The notes under the pieces are model-generated. The model saw nothing but the letters and a program-made list of their open reading frames with translations, was not told the origin of the DNA and made no database searches. From a virus (lineage: Duplodnaviria > Caudoviricetes): a stretch of DNA of 29,328 bases. Shown here piece after piece: positions 1 to 13,500 of the stretch (the stretch's first letter is position 1; the number at the start of each line of letters is the position of its first letter). Position numbers and translations under genes: made by a program. The stretch is taken from positions 1-29,328 of the IMG/VR virus record IMGVR_UViG_3300002986_000009; one strand, written 5' to 3'.

Positions 1-12
1 GTTACCGGTAGC

Positions 13-99
13 GCCCGGGTGGCGGAATTGGTAGACGCAAGAGACTTAAAATCTCTCGTCCGTAAGGGCGTACCGGTTCGATTCCGGTCCCGGGCACCA
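13..99 (+). tRNA. tRNA-Leu (anticodon TAA), probable prophage integration site
   Basis: Acceptor stem GCCCGGG/CCCGGGC, D arm GGCGGAATTGGTAGACGC, anticodon arm AGAGA-CTTAAAA-TCTCT, long variable arm, T arm ACCGG-TTCGATT-CCGGT, discriminator A and encoded CCA. Confidence 0.97.
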
Positions 100-104
100 A
101 GTAA

Positions 105-249
105 AAACAGCATGTTAGACAGATCAGGACACAGCAAAAAGGTGAAGGTAGCCATGTTGACGGCCGGAAAGCCGTCAACATGATATTAGCAACTTACAAG
201 TTTTTGCTAGTTCTTAGGTGTTTCTGCCTGTCAACAAAACGTCAACAAA
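105..249. promoter_or_regulatory. Putative att-site arm: IHF-like sites and repeated GTCAACA arm-type sites
   Basis: One-mismatch matches to WATCARNNNNTTR at 105-117 and 184-196; inverted CATGTTGACGGC/GCCGTCAACATG at 153-182; direct GTCAACAAA repeats at 230-238 and 241-249. Confidence 0.5.
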
Positions 250-294
250 CAAACAGCCGCCTCGGGGATCTCCGGGGGCGGCTGTTTGTTTGTT
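244..294. terminator. Probable bidirectional intrinsic terminator between the tRNA and the convergent late operon
   Basis: Perfect 18-bp inverted repeat AACAAACAAACAGCCGCC (244-261) / GGCGGCTGTTTGTTTGTT (277-294), 11 bp past the stop of the last phage gene. Confidence 0.8.
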
Positions 295-305
295 AATCGT
301 GACTG

Positions 306-812
306 CTAGGAGGCTGCCCCTGCCGTGAATTTGAGCGGGTTAGCTACTGTAGCCGTGAAGTTGGCTGTACCGGTCCCTGCGGGGTTCTTCGCAACGTTCC
401 ATTTGCCCAGGCAGAGCACGGGGCTATCTGCTGTGGTAGTTACCCACCTTATAAGGGCGTAGGCGTCGGAGAGAAAGTCGGCGTTGTCCAGGGAGATATC
501 GGCAAAATCCAACGACGCTGCATGAGCTGCGATTGCCGTGATGTTCGCGCCGGTCAGCGTGATCCCGGTCCCCTTGGTGTACTGGAGCGGAGTTGCCGTA
601 ACGCCGTCGCTCTTCGTGTTGGTTTCTGCGGCGGAGAGGTCGGACCAGAATACGGTAGTGGCCTGTGTGAGTGCGGCCGCACCGAGCGCGAGGTTGAGCA
701 GTACCAGCTTGAATACGCTGCCTGTTTTTACATTCCCCGCAAGGGTATCCAGGATGCACTTATCGGTCATCATGTTTTGTCCTGCTGCTACCTCTGCCAT
801 TATTGACGCCAT
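306..812 (-). CDS. Small virion structural protein, putative fibre subunit (168 aa)
   Basis: AGGAG RBS. Motif order FKLVLL...YTKGTGITLT...ASLDFADIS...AYALI...PVLC...NFT resembles small beta-rich proteins I recognise next to phage fibre genes. Confidence 0.6.
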   Translation of the reverse strand: MASIMAEVAAGQNMMTDKCILDTLAGNVKTGSVFKLVLLNLALGAAALTQATTVFWSDLSAAETNTKSDGVTATPLQYTKGTGITLTGANITAIAAHAASLDFADISLDNADFLSDAYALIRWVTTTADSPVLCLGKWNVAKNPAGTGTANFTATVANPLKFTAGAAS

Positions 813-824
813 GGTGAATCTCCT

Positions 825-2614
825 TTAGAGGGTGATGAGGCCGGTTGCTATGCCTCCCTTGATATACATAGGGTAGCTTGTTCCGTTCTGCCCCTTGAGG
901 ACCATGAACGGAATAAGCGGGGTCGTGACCTCGGCTGTCTGGGGAGACGCTCTGCCCGATGCGCTCGCGCTGAAAATGCCAGCGGTAATATATCTTGTTG
1001 CTGTTGCCGTAAGCGGTGAGCTCACTCCGGTAGCAGTAGATGCCGTGACGCTTGCTGCAGAGAAACCTAAAGTTAAGGCAAGGGCTGGAGTAGTTATGCC
1101 CGATGCGCTCGCGCTGGAAATGCCCGCGGTAATATATCTTGTTGCTATTGCCGTAAGCGGTGAGCTCGCTCCGGTAGCAGTGGATGCCGTGACGCTTGCT
1201 GCAGAGAAACCTAAAGTTGAGGCAAGGACTGGGATAGTTATGCCCCTTGCGCTCACCTGAACTACTATAGCCTGGATATACCGCGTAGCTGACGCCGTCA
1301 GCGCAGGAGCCATGCCTAATATTTTTGCTGTTGAGACTCCGCTAAATATTGTTACTGGCTCACTAGTTCCCAAAGTATAAATATCACCACCATTTATTAC
1401 CTGGGGGGTCGTTGACATAACCGTGCCGGCTTCGTCGTAGCTCTTTATACTCCCACTAAAGGGCAGGAACACATCCGGAGAAAGCGTTATCTCAAAAGTA
1501 TTGAAGTCAAGCGCCCGGTAGGTAGCAGGGACTTCCAAGCCATCCGCATCGAATATCTTGGCTCCTTTTTGCAGCATTCTCATTTCAATCTGTATATCTA
1601 TAATATTCCCGGCCGGGGAATACCCATCGTAGATGCCACACATGAGTCCTGTTTTATCGAAGAAATAGGTCGGTGTCACCTTCACTCGGCCATATCCGCT
1701 TCCTTCACCGAAGAGGCCGCAGTATCCTGCGATCTCGCTCCAATTCGTCTTATCGTAGGCGAAGAGCTGTCTATCGTCGGTATCCCCCCTACCGACAGTA
1801 AGATACCCATCAAACCACTTGAAATAGTCAGCGTCTAGATTATTGGTTAGCGATGGTTCTATAAGCGGTGAGGCCGGAACCACGGTGAAAATGCCGTTAG
1901 AAAAAGAAAGCGTGTAGTGCCTGATATTGAACGGAGGCGCATATTCAAAGCACCAGAAGTTAACAACCCCATTCTCATAAAAGCCGTTAGGGTTACCATC
2001 GTTTAAGGAACTTCCCAGATGGTCAGTGATACCTTCCGTATAAAGAATATCCTGCCCGGATTCATCTCTGAATCCGGTATTGACCTTCGGGTTCCTTTTG
2101 GTGAACACGTCTCCGTATAAAGGGGCGGTCGCCAGGCAGATAATATTGGTGTAGGTACCTGCGCCGGTATACAGCATGAGGCGCAGGTCCCAGTCCGGAA
2201 TGTCCAAAACGCAGGGGTCATTGGCGAATCGCTGATCTGCATCGGTAAAGGTATAGTAGGTCCCGTCTTCATTCCAGTTTCCGTTCTCATCTACAGAAGC
2301 AGTGATTAGATTTCCGGTTGTAACGGCGGTTTTAATTTTAGTCCATGCTATCCCGTCAGGACTCTCAGCCAGGAATATGTTGTCCTTCCCTTCACTGGGG
2401 AAGGCGGTGTCAACTCCGCCATAAAACATCTCGTATTTATTTTTAACCGGGTTCCATAAAACATTCGGCGAATAGATGTCACCGCCTTGCAGCACGGGAT
2501 TGTTTTTATACAAAACAAATCCGACCGGAAACTTGACGTTTTGAGTAGCCTTCACATTGTTCACGGTGATCGTTCTTACGGAGCTATCACCGGTATGTAT
2601 TTTAGAGAGATCCA

Positions 2615-2615
<1 letters not shown>
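825..2615 (-). CDS. Putative fibre/receptor-binding protein: N-terminal glycoside-hydrolase-like beta-propeller, C-terminal Ala/Ser/Thr repeats (596 aa)
   Basis: NNPVL...IYSPNVL...YEMFYGG...IFLAESPDGIAWTK and ANDPCVL...LMLYTG...ICLATA resemble blades of five-bladed propellers (GH32/43/130-like). Start overlaps the upstream stop. Confidence 0.65.
953..1240. repeat. 144-bp tandem duplication (48 aa) inside the fibre gene
   Basis: 953-1096 vs 1097-1240, 9 mismatches in 144 by manual alignment. Confidence 0.95.
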
Positions 2616-4266
<1,651 letters not shown>

Positions 4267-4267
<1 letters not shown>

Positions 4268-5151
4268 CAGAGCACCTCCAGCAGTTTAAACCCGGCCGTA
4301 TTGGCGTTGAAATAAGGGTTCTCGATGGGGCTTAGCTCGTCCATGTTTGCCAGGAAGGAGCGCTGCCACTCGGCCTGTGAAGTTACGGTCGGGTCATGGA
4401 TGTAAACCAGCTCTCCGGACTTTCCCAGCCGGCGCTGCATCTCCATCACGCTCGACATGGCGATCCCCGGGTCGAGGTGCTCGATGGTGCACGCCGCTGT
4501 CCGCCGCTTGGCCTGTTCATCGATGAAGCGCCTGCCGCCCAGCGACTTTGAGATGGTAGCGTCGCTCTCCCAGCCGACGGTGTTCCCGTAGGTGAAATTT
4601 ACCGGGGGCTGCCAGGCGGGCGCCAGGGGGCAGCGGGAAAGCTCGATGTAGCCGTCCGGGTTATCAGGGTCGCTAATTTCTACCCGGACGCTCCGAGCTA
4701 CGACCTGGGCGGGAAGGGCCCGGATGAAATCGAACTGGTAGCCGTCCCGGTCCTCCTCGAGGATCTTGCCGTCCCAAAGCGAGGGGTGCCCCCAGGGGAG
4801 AGAGCCAGCCGGATAGAAGGGGAGCCAGACCGGCAGCACTCCGGTATCGTACGCGAGCTGAGTGCGCGCCGTGTCCGTCCAGAACCGGAACCGGACCGTT
4901 GCCGTGAGCGAGAGGTTGTGCCTCAGGATCGCCAGAACCCGGAGATCGCGCATGGCCCCGAGATCGATGTCGATGAGGGTCGATGCCGGCAGGGCATCAG
5001 CGGATCTCGCCAGGGTGGACATCCGGGAGTCGGAGCTGTCCTGCAGGTTGGCGAGCGGTAGCGCCTCCAGCCAGGAGCCGCCGGCCAGGATCGGGGTAAC
5101 GTAGGCGTTTGGCAGCAGGCGGTCGGGAAAGGCGAAGAGGCAGTTATCCAT
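4267..5151 (-). CDS. Phage tail tip/distal tail-type protein (294 aa)
   Basis: Position after the tape measure and hub genes; motifs GGSW...LPLANLQ, HNLS, ISDPDNPDGYIEL and AWQP..N..YG typical of this tail module. Confidence 0.7.
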
Positions 5152-5154
5152 CCG

Positions 5155-7551
5155 TTAACCCCACAGGGTGAGGGTAAGCATCCCCTGCTGACGGTCAACG
5201 ACGCTCCCGATACAGCGGAAAAGTTTACCGTCATCGTACCCGTAACGAGGCCGCTTGATCATGACAAGCTTCCCCTTGGCCAGATTGGCGAGCACGGTCG
5301 TTTTAACCTGGACCTGAAGGGTATCCCGCCGAGGCTTGTAAAGCTCCAAAAGCCTGTCGGCTTCATCCTGGGCGTCATCCACATTCACCATCGGAGTATC
5401 GATGACTAACTCGGGGGCCAGCAAATGCTTATTCAGGACATCCCGGTCTATGGCCGAGATTGTGCGGAATTCTCTGGAGAGCCACGGAGTGCGGCGGTTG
5501 ATGATCGTGTACGTGGCGGACAGGCTACTTCCTCCTGTCGCTACTCCGACAAAGGACCCGTCACCATAGGCAAGAGATGACCAGGAGGCAAATGAGGGCA
5601 GGACATATTGGGCCCAGGTGACCCCGCCGTCTATGGACACCGTCGTCATATTCGATCCAAAAGCGGTTGCCACGAATATCCCGTTCCCAGCCGCTAGGGA
5701 AGTCCAGGCTTTTTTCGCGGGGAGCGAACGTTTGATCCAGGTTATCCCTCCGTCGCTCGATGTCACTGCAAAGTCAGCTAAATAGGCGCTTACGGCAAAT
5801 ATCCCGTTACTATAGGCAATGTCCCCCCAATGGGTGTAGGTATCGGGCATAGCGTCCAGCATGGGATGGAGGGCCCAGGTCAAGCCCCCGTCGCTGGATA
5901 CTGCAACCTGAGGATCATCATAATCTACAGCGATGAATGAGCCGCCGCCGAATGCAATAGCATGACGGGCAGAAGGTAGCGCCACCTGGGTCCATGTTAA
6001 CCCCTTATCGCTGGATACGATTGCTACGGCTGCATCTTTGGCAACGGCAACAAATACCCCGGCGCCATAGGCTACCGAGGCCCAGTCGTGCGAGGATGGC
6101 AAAGCTTTCAGGACCCAGGTGACGCCGTAATCAGTTGATACCATGCATCTGTTGAAACCTAATCCCACCGCGACGAATACCCCGTCGCCATAACAGTGGG
6201 CAGAAAAGTTGCCATATGAGGGCAGGGGGTGAGGGTCCCAGGTTACTCCTCCGTCAGAAGACGTTGCTACGATGGACGGCGTGTTCAGAGCGGACATAGA
6301 AACGAAATTCCCGCCTCCATACGTCACCTTTTCCCAGTTTAAAACACCGGGGAGGGTATCGTGGGGTTCCCAAATGGCCTGGACATAGGGCAGACTGCCT
6401 GCCAGATCGTTTGCTGCCTGGACGGTGTAGTTTTTTGCATAGTTGAGCGTAACCTTGTAGGGCGAAATACCACGACCCGGATCGCTAGACGCGACACGAT
6501 CGATGCTTATACAGTCCTTCCCCGTGAGGGTCACGTCGGGAGTCCCCGCCGGCGCCACGAACTGGGCCATTCTCAGTCTCGCTTGCTCGTCGAATCCATA
6601 CCAGTTACCGGGGGCCAGCACCTGATCCAGCACCGCCATGGTGGTTGTTACCTCGCTGATGTAGATCCCGACCTCGGAGCTATTGGCGCCATCAAGCGCG
6701 GTAATATCCTCGGCTGAGATGCCGCCTGCCGGAATAACCCGACTTGCCACCCGCTTGGCCACTTGCGCAGCAGTCCGATCGGTAGCCGTGGCACCCTCCA
6801 CAACATCTGCCGTAACCTGGCCGATGGCGGAGCTCCCCAGGCGAAAGCAGCCCAGGGACGGACAAACCCGGTATTCCCCGGGTTGCGGAGCAGTGGTTTC
6901 CATCGAAGCCTGATCCGCATAGTCGCCTCCTCTAGTCAGAGCAACGCCCTTATCGTAAGCTCCAGGCACGTCCGCTGCCGACTCGTGAACCTGGTAAATG
7001 AGTTTGGAGGTATTGACCATGACTGGAGTGACATTGAAAACCCGACCAAAGCTAAGCGGCTTCGGCTTCCCCTGGATGTCCGAGGTCCCCTCGATGCCAT
7101 TGGGGAGCACGTTACTGCCGGCATAGGTGTTAGCTTGAATCGGAGTATTGAGAATGGTCTGAGGGTCCTTGATCCGGACTACGATCTCGTTATTGGTAAA
7201 CTCGGGCTGCTCCATCGAGCAGCTCATCAAAAATAGGATTGCTCCTAATGCGGAAAACGTTTTGTACACGATAGTCCTCCCATCAAATCCATAGTCAATG
7301 AGCGCATCGAGGTCGCCATTTGGATTGGAAATCCTGACCTCTCCGAACCCCAATTTAGATTCTCCGTACGTTTTGCCGTCGGCGAACATGGTCTCTTCGT
7401 AGTTGCCGGGCTGCGAAAGCAGCGGCAGGTAAGTTTGATTCGGAGGGGTATCTGTGGGTTTTATCGTGTAATCGTGCGTCGAGAAATAGAGAGTCCTGGT
7501 GCCTGCTATGGCAGGATCGTAAACGGTCATCTCAACCAGGTAACGGGCCAT
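5155..7551 (-). CDS. Tail tip/hub protein with an inserted Asp-box beta-propeller (798 aa)
   Basis: Directly after the tape measure; GKPKPLSFGRVFNVTP hub-type motif; six S-x-D-x-G-x-T-W Asp-boxes within ~5500-6390. Confidence 0.75.
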   Translation of the reverse strand: MARYLVEMTVYDPAIAGTRTLYFSTHDYTIKPTDTPPNQTYLPLLSQPGNYEETMFADGKTYGESKLGFGEVRISNPNGDLDALIDYGFDGRTIVYKTFSALGAILFLMSCSMEQPEFTNNEIVVRIKDPQTILNTPIQANTYAGSNVLPNGIEGTSDIQGKPKPLSFGRVFNVTPVMVNTSKLIYQVHESAADVPGAYDKGVALTRGGDYADQASMETTAPQPGEYRVCPSLGCFRLGSSAIGQVTADVVEGATATDRTAAQVAKRVASRVIPAGGISAEDITALDGANSSEVGIYISEVTTTMAVLDQVLAPGNWYGFDEQARLRMAQFVAPAGTPDVTLTGKDCISIDRVASSDPGRGISPYKVTLNYAKNYTVQAANDLAGSLPYVQAIWEPHDTLPGVLNWEKVTYGGGNFVSMSALNTPSIVATSSDGGVTWDPHPLPSYGNFSAHCYGDGVFVAVGLGFNRCMVSTDYGVTWVLKALPSSHDWASVAYGAGVFVAVAKDAAVAIVSSDKGLTWTQVALPSARHAIAFGGGSFIAVDYDDPQVAVSSDGGLTWALHPMLDAMPDTYTHWGDIAYSNGIFAVSAYLADFAVTSSDGGITWIKRSLPAKKAWTSLAAGNGIFVATAFGSNMTTVSIDGGVTWAQYVLPSFASWSSLAYGDGSFVGVATGGSSLSATYTIINRRTPWLSREFRTISAIDRDVLNKHLLAPELVIDTPMVNVDDAQDEADRLLELYKPRRDTLQVQVKTTVLANLAKGKLVMIKRPRYGYDDGKLFRCIGSVVDRQQGMLTLTLWG

Positions 7552-10500
7552 TACTCGCTCCCCTTCCGGCGCCCATTGCTGGCGACCGTCCGCATGCTAT
7601 CAGCCTGAGACTCCTCGGCGGCGATCAGCCGCGGGAAGGCAGCCTGCTCGATGCGGTTACCGGCACGGGCTTCGACTAGGAGCGCCTCAGTTTTGACAAG
7701 CAGCTCGCGCAGCAATCGATTCTGCTCGCGCAACTCCTGCGTCGTCTCGTCATTGCTAGAGCCGTAGTTATCAGATGCCACCCCGCGGCGCGCCATGGCG
7801 AAGAGTGCCTTGGTCTCATCCGCTCGGTAGACATAGCCCGGGGAGGAGTCGACAAGCTCGGGGCCGAGCTCGCCCATGAGCGCACTGCCGCCGGAGTAGT
7901 TTCCACCTGCTGCGAAGGCGGGTATCCTGCCATCGCCGTATTGATATATTGCACCATCGTTGGGGGTACCGTTGGCGTATGCCTGGCCCGGCTGAAGCTT
8001 CCACTTATCGAGTATCGTCCCGTGTGAGGTCACTTGGCCTAGAGAGAGGTACCGATTTGCGTCATATTCGATAGTCGTACCTATAACTGTCACGTAATGC
8101 GTATGTGCATTATGCGCAATAATATCAGCGGCACTTGGGGTAATGCCTGCCGGAGCAGCGGCCGTGATACCGGATGCCGTCACCGCGTTATATGCCTGGG
8201 TAGCCGGTGCCAGGGCTGCGGTAGCCTGGTTCTGGTAGTCCGAGTCGGATATGGTCCCGGCCCTATACTGTGCGGTTAACCCTGCCATGACCGTCCCGTA
8301 AGTCGTCTTTGCCGTTTCGTAGGTGCTAAGGGCCCCTAAGCCGTTCAGGACTCCGGTTAGGCTTCCGCTTGCTGCAGAGTTTACCTTGGCCAGTTCGGCA
8401 GCGAACGCCGACAATGCGTCCGATACCGAGGTGAGCGCCGCCGACATGCCGGTACCTAGCGCCTGGCTGATGATATCGTACTGGCTCTTAATGGTGCTTG
8501 CAGCCGTATCTCCGGAGATGGCGCCATCGAGCGCGCTCTTGACGGTTGCGTAGGTCTGCCCGATATACGCGGTGGCATCGGTACTACTAATCTTACCGTT
8601 GAGCGAGCCCTGCACGGCGCTATAGACCGCTCCGATCGCGGTGCTAGCGGTAGCTGAGGTCAGAGTGCCATTAAGCGAGCCCTGCACTGCGCTGTAGACG
8701 GTGCTGAGTGCCTTGGTAGCCGTTTCTGCAGTGATGGTCCCGTTCAACGCACCCTGGGTAATGGCGTACTGGGCGCTGATGGTCGTTGCTGCCAAAGTTC
8801 CGGAGATGGTACCGTTCAGGGCTCCCTGGGTGACCTGGTAAGCCAGGTCAATGCCGCTTTTAGCTGAGGCGGCCGTTATGGTCCCATTCAGGGAGAGCTG
8901 TAACAGGTTGATGGCTGTGCTGATCGAATCCTTTGCCGTCCCGGTCACCGTGCTATTAAGCGAAGACTGCAGCAGGGTAATCTGTGCGGTTATAGCTGTC
9001 TTTGCGGTTCCGGCAGTGATCGGGGTGTTGAGCGTTACCTGTAGGGCGGCAATTGCCTGGGTGAGCGCGTTGTTGGCGGTGCCCATGTCGATCTGGGCCG
9101 CGTTGAAGGTAACACCCAGGGCGGCGACCATGGCCGTATTGCCGTCGCTGATCGCTTTTTGGATGTCAGTCAGCAGGGCGATCTGCTTATCTACGTCGGA
9201 GATATTCGGGGCGGTCTCGCTCATAGCTGCCAGCTTAGCCAGGATATCGGTGCGGTCCTGCTGGTAGCCCATCCCGCTTGCGTAATACGCTTTCGATGCG
9301 GTATCGAGGGCAGTAGCGCGCGCTGCGACGTTACTGGCATCCGCGGCGGCAAAGTCCGACTTTGCCTGGCTGTAGGCCAACTCCGGAGAAGCGGCAGCAC
9401 CGAGCAGGGTACGCAGCGTGCCGAGGATAGTTTGAGAGAGGGAGAGCGCGCCGGTCAGCGCGGTCTTGCTGTCGTCGAGCAACTTCGCCTGAGCATCTGA
9501 AATCGTTTTGGTAGCGGTCTTCACGGCATCCGCCCACTCCATTTGCTGCGCGATCTGGAGCTGGCCTACATCGAGGCCCTTCTCCACGGCATCAGCCAGG
9601 GCGCTCTGCTGGGAGATCTGCAGCGTGTAGAGATCGGAGAAGGCGGAATTGTTGCCGGTCAGCTTGAGGATGGTGGTGAAGGCCCCTTGGTCGAGGTCGG
9701 TCTGCGCCTTTACCAGGTCCGCCACCTGCTGGGTTACATCCTTTATGGCCGGGGCCAGTTGGGTCAGCATGGTGAACATCGCGAGGCCACTGTCGGTATT
9801 GAGGTCGAGCCCGTCTCGCAAGGCCGCGAACCCTGCTGCGGTCGCCGGGATTTTATCGACCAGCCCACCCAGGGTATTATTGATGAGTTGCTGCGAGGTG
9901 GCAACTTTCATCGCCGTTGCCTGAGCTGAGGTATAAACCGCCTCGTTCCAGGTCTGGTTAGCGGTGACCAGTTTATCGGTGCCTCCGAACGCCTCAGAGA
10001 GCCGGGACGCCGCATCGCCTCCAGCGAGCCCCAATGAGATAAGACCGGTGTTGGTCAGGGAAAGCATGTCGTTGACGCCTTGCAGCGATGAAGCCAGACG
10101 TAGCAGGGTCTCGGACGAGGTCTCCATCTTGGCGTCGGTACCGTCGCCTACCTCGATGGCGTACTGGCTCAGGTCCCTGATCGTTGACGCCATGGAGTCC
10201 GCGGTCAGCCCGAAGAATTTGTTAATATCGGCGTTGACGTCTTTAATGCTCCGACCGTCAGTCTCAATTTTCATCGTTACGGTAGCCGCATTGGCATAGT
10301 TTGTTACTACGCCAAGAGCGGCTGCAGCAGTGGTGACTACGGCCTGTATTTTCTGGTTGGAGTCGGAGATATACTGATCAGTACCAGAGTCGAGAGCCGA
10401 GTAATCCGTTTTGTGCTTATCGGAAGTGAACCAGCCACCCTTCTTGGTGTAGTCCGTATAGTTCTGCCCGGAGATATCACCGCCTGACGATGAGAGCGAA

Positions 10501-13500
10501 AGACCCGATCCTCTCTGCTGCCAGGAGTTGCCGAATCCAAAACCAAAGGATGCGATGGACGCGATCGCCACGCCGGCAGCGGCTCCGATGGGTCCAGCCC
10601 AGGAGCCCAGCGCCGCACCGGCGGCCAGCGAACCTGCTGCAGAGCCTGCGGCTACGGCTACCGCCGCGTCACCTGCCAGGGATGCGGCTACAGCCACTGC
10701 TATGGCAGTAGTAAAGGCGCCCCCCGCTACTATCGCCCCGCCAATGCCGGCGCCAATCAGGGCACCACTGGCAAGTCCCAGGGCAGATCCGACTCCGGAG
10801 CTACTTGAGGTACCGCCGGAACTTGCCCCGTAAGTTGTTCGGCTCAGTAGGTTATAGGCGCCGTGATCGGGCAGAACCTGTGTGATCTCGGTGATACCGA
10901 GGGCGAGCCGGTGCAGGGCCTGGGTATTTTCCTGAATGGCCCCCTGCAGCCCGAGGTCGACGGTCAGGGACTTGATGCTTGAACCGGTTGAGGATCCGGT
11001 AACCTGTCCCGAGCCGCCGGAGGATCCACCACCAACGATTCCGCCCCCTGACGGGACGGAAACGGAGCCGGTGCCGCCGAAACTGGTCGACTCGATCTTG
11101 GCGATCTGGATCAGGCCGAGCGCACCCGCTAGTGCGGATCTGGCCCACGCCACCGGAGTCCAGGCATCCGGTCCGGAAAGCTGGCCAATGATGGCTGCGG
11201 CGGTGGACATGAACGCGGCGCCCAGGGAGTAGTTTTTGGCAGACTCGAAACCCTTATGGCTGCTCTGGTCCTGAGCGCCAGCGAGGGCAGTGATGAACTG
11301 CGAGGACATGTCGGCGTAGTTTCCGACTTCGGCGAGCTGGGAGCGGTAGGACTTAGTTGTTATCGCCGCCGTCTTATTGGCATTGTCCTTCTGCTCTATG
11401 GCAAGTGCACCCTCTTTGGCGGAGATGATCCCGAGGACCTTGGCATAGTCGAGAGCGCTTTTGCTGGAGAGCGCGTAGGCGTCCATCGCGGCCTGGCGCT
11501 CCTGGTCGATCATCCTCAGCCTCTCAGCATGGGCGTCCTGCTGCACGGCCAGGTCATGGGCGGTCTGGTCTGCAATGGAATCGATACTGCCGGTAGCCGG
11601 GTTTATCCCGACCATCGAGGCCGTTGCTGCCGAGTTGGTAGCAGTCAGGGATGCCAGTTCGTTACGTAGTGCCGTCTGCTTGACATATAGGTCGTTGAGC
11701 TCGTTGATATCGTCGATCTCGCGGGCGCGGTCGACAAGCTCCTGGCTGCCAGTCTTTTTCCAGAGGTCAGCATAGCGCAGCAGATTCTTCTCTTGCTGGG
11801 CTCCCAGGGTATTCCCTCGTGCCTCCAGTTCCTGGATCGACATCTCCTGGCGCATTCGGGTATCCTGTGCGGCAATAGCCGCATCTGAGGCTACCTTGTC
11901 GATACCGCCTATCGTCGCTGCCGTCTTGGCCTTATTAAGCGCCTCCCAGGCCTTTGTTTCTTCGGTGATATTTTTATAGTAGGTGGTAACCTGATCGGCC
12001 GTGCCAAGCAGGTTACCGCTTTTAGTCGTGATTTTCGCTTGTGCCGCGTTCCGGGCAGCCGTTGCCGCTTCATACTTACTCTGGAGGTCGTCGACGATAC
12101 CCTGCGCCGCCGCCGCTTCGATGACAGCTTTCTGGTCCAGGTAGTCGCGATCGGACAGGAGCATTCTCTCATGCTGTAGCTTGAGATTAGCCAGGTCGAT
12201 ATCTCGAGCGTTCTTGGTAACTGACAGGGAGTCGGCAACAAGGGCATTTTCGTACTGGTGATACTGCTCTGCTGCTCGCTTAACATCCTTGGTGTATTTG
12301 TCTTCTTTGTACTCGGTCGCCTTGGGAGGCTCCGCAGGATGCCTAGCCGCCAGGAGCGCCTTTTGAGTGGCATCCTGGGCAATCTGCTGCGCTCCCGTAG
12401 CCTGTCCCGCGGCAATCCTTTTATTGTTGTCATCGATCTGCTTCTGAATCTTCATGGCTTCGGTCTGTACCCCGAAAAATGACCAATCAACGACCATGGA
12501 GTTCTGGATTTTAGCTAATTTAGCTTCCAACTCAATATTGTCCTGAATGGCTTTGTTCAGTAACTTCTGGTTTTCCAGCTTAATGTTATCTGCAGTGACC
12601 TGCTCAGGCGTCATACCGGCTTGTTTGGTTAATTTATCGATGAGGTCTTTCTGCTCTTGAAGAGCAACGGTCGTCTTAGCGAATGGCAGGCTTTCCTCAT
12701 ACTCATGCTGTTTCTTGCTCAGCTCGTCGGTGGCCGTCATCAGCTTATAGATGCCATAAATAACAGTACCGATTGCTATGGCAATAGCACCATAAACCCC
12801 GCCAACCAGGGAAAGGGCTGTGCCTAGAGCCGTCGATGCCCCCGCTAAGGCACGGGAAGCAAAGGTAGCCTCGGTCTGAATAATGGCCAGGTTTGAAGTC
12901 GCAGCGGATGCCCCGGCTTTGGCTATGGCGTCTGCTGTGGCGGCCTCGGCAAGCTGTGTTTCTGCTAAGGCCGCACTTTTAGATATGAGGGCCAAATCCG
13001 TTGTTGTCGCTATCTGAGACTGGGTTGCCCTGGTAGCCGTTTCCCGCGCCACTGTTAAAGCATTTTCAGCAGCCACCTGTTCTGACATTGCTGTTATTAG
13101 TCGGTTTCTATCGGCCCACTCCTGCGCTCTCAGTTCTTTTGCAAATGCGGCGTCCTTGGCGCTAAGTTCGACTGCTGCCGTAAGCGTGTTTGTGGCACTA
13201 GTCGCTTCTATGGTCGCCGCTGTAACTGTTTCGATTCCTGAAGTTGCAACCCTTGTCCCCTTTGTTACCCCCAGAGAGAATGTTTGCCACTCCCGGCCCA
13301 TTTGCTGAACGGCTTCAGTATGTCCGCCGTATACCCTCATGTACTCGCTCATATGGGCGGAAAGATATTGGTGCCACGTCATCTCCATGCTTTTCACTGC
13401 GGTTTCTTCGGCAGCTATTGCCGTGATGGCCTGCGCTGACCCTGTAGTCTTAGCTTCGAGTAGAGCGGACTCGCTTGCTACCAGTGCCAGGTTGGCATTG

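Noticed and set aside
114-120. GTTAGAC after the tRNA as an integron core site
   Set aside because: A lone GTTRRRY is common by chance, there is no L box at 5-bp spacing, and it is better explained as overlapping an IHF-like site.
953-1240. 144-bp near-identical pair in a fibre gene as a DGR template/variable repeat
   Set aside because: Both copies are tandem and in frame in one gene. The 9 mismatches have a plus-strand A in copy 1 six times and in copy 2 three times, so they are not one-directional, and no reverse transcriptase is in the window.
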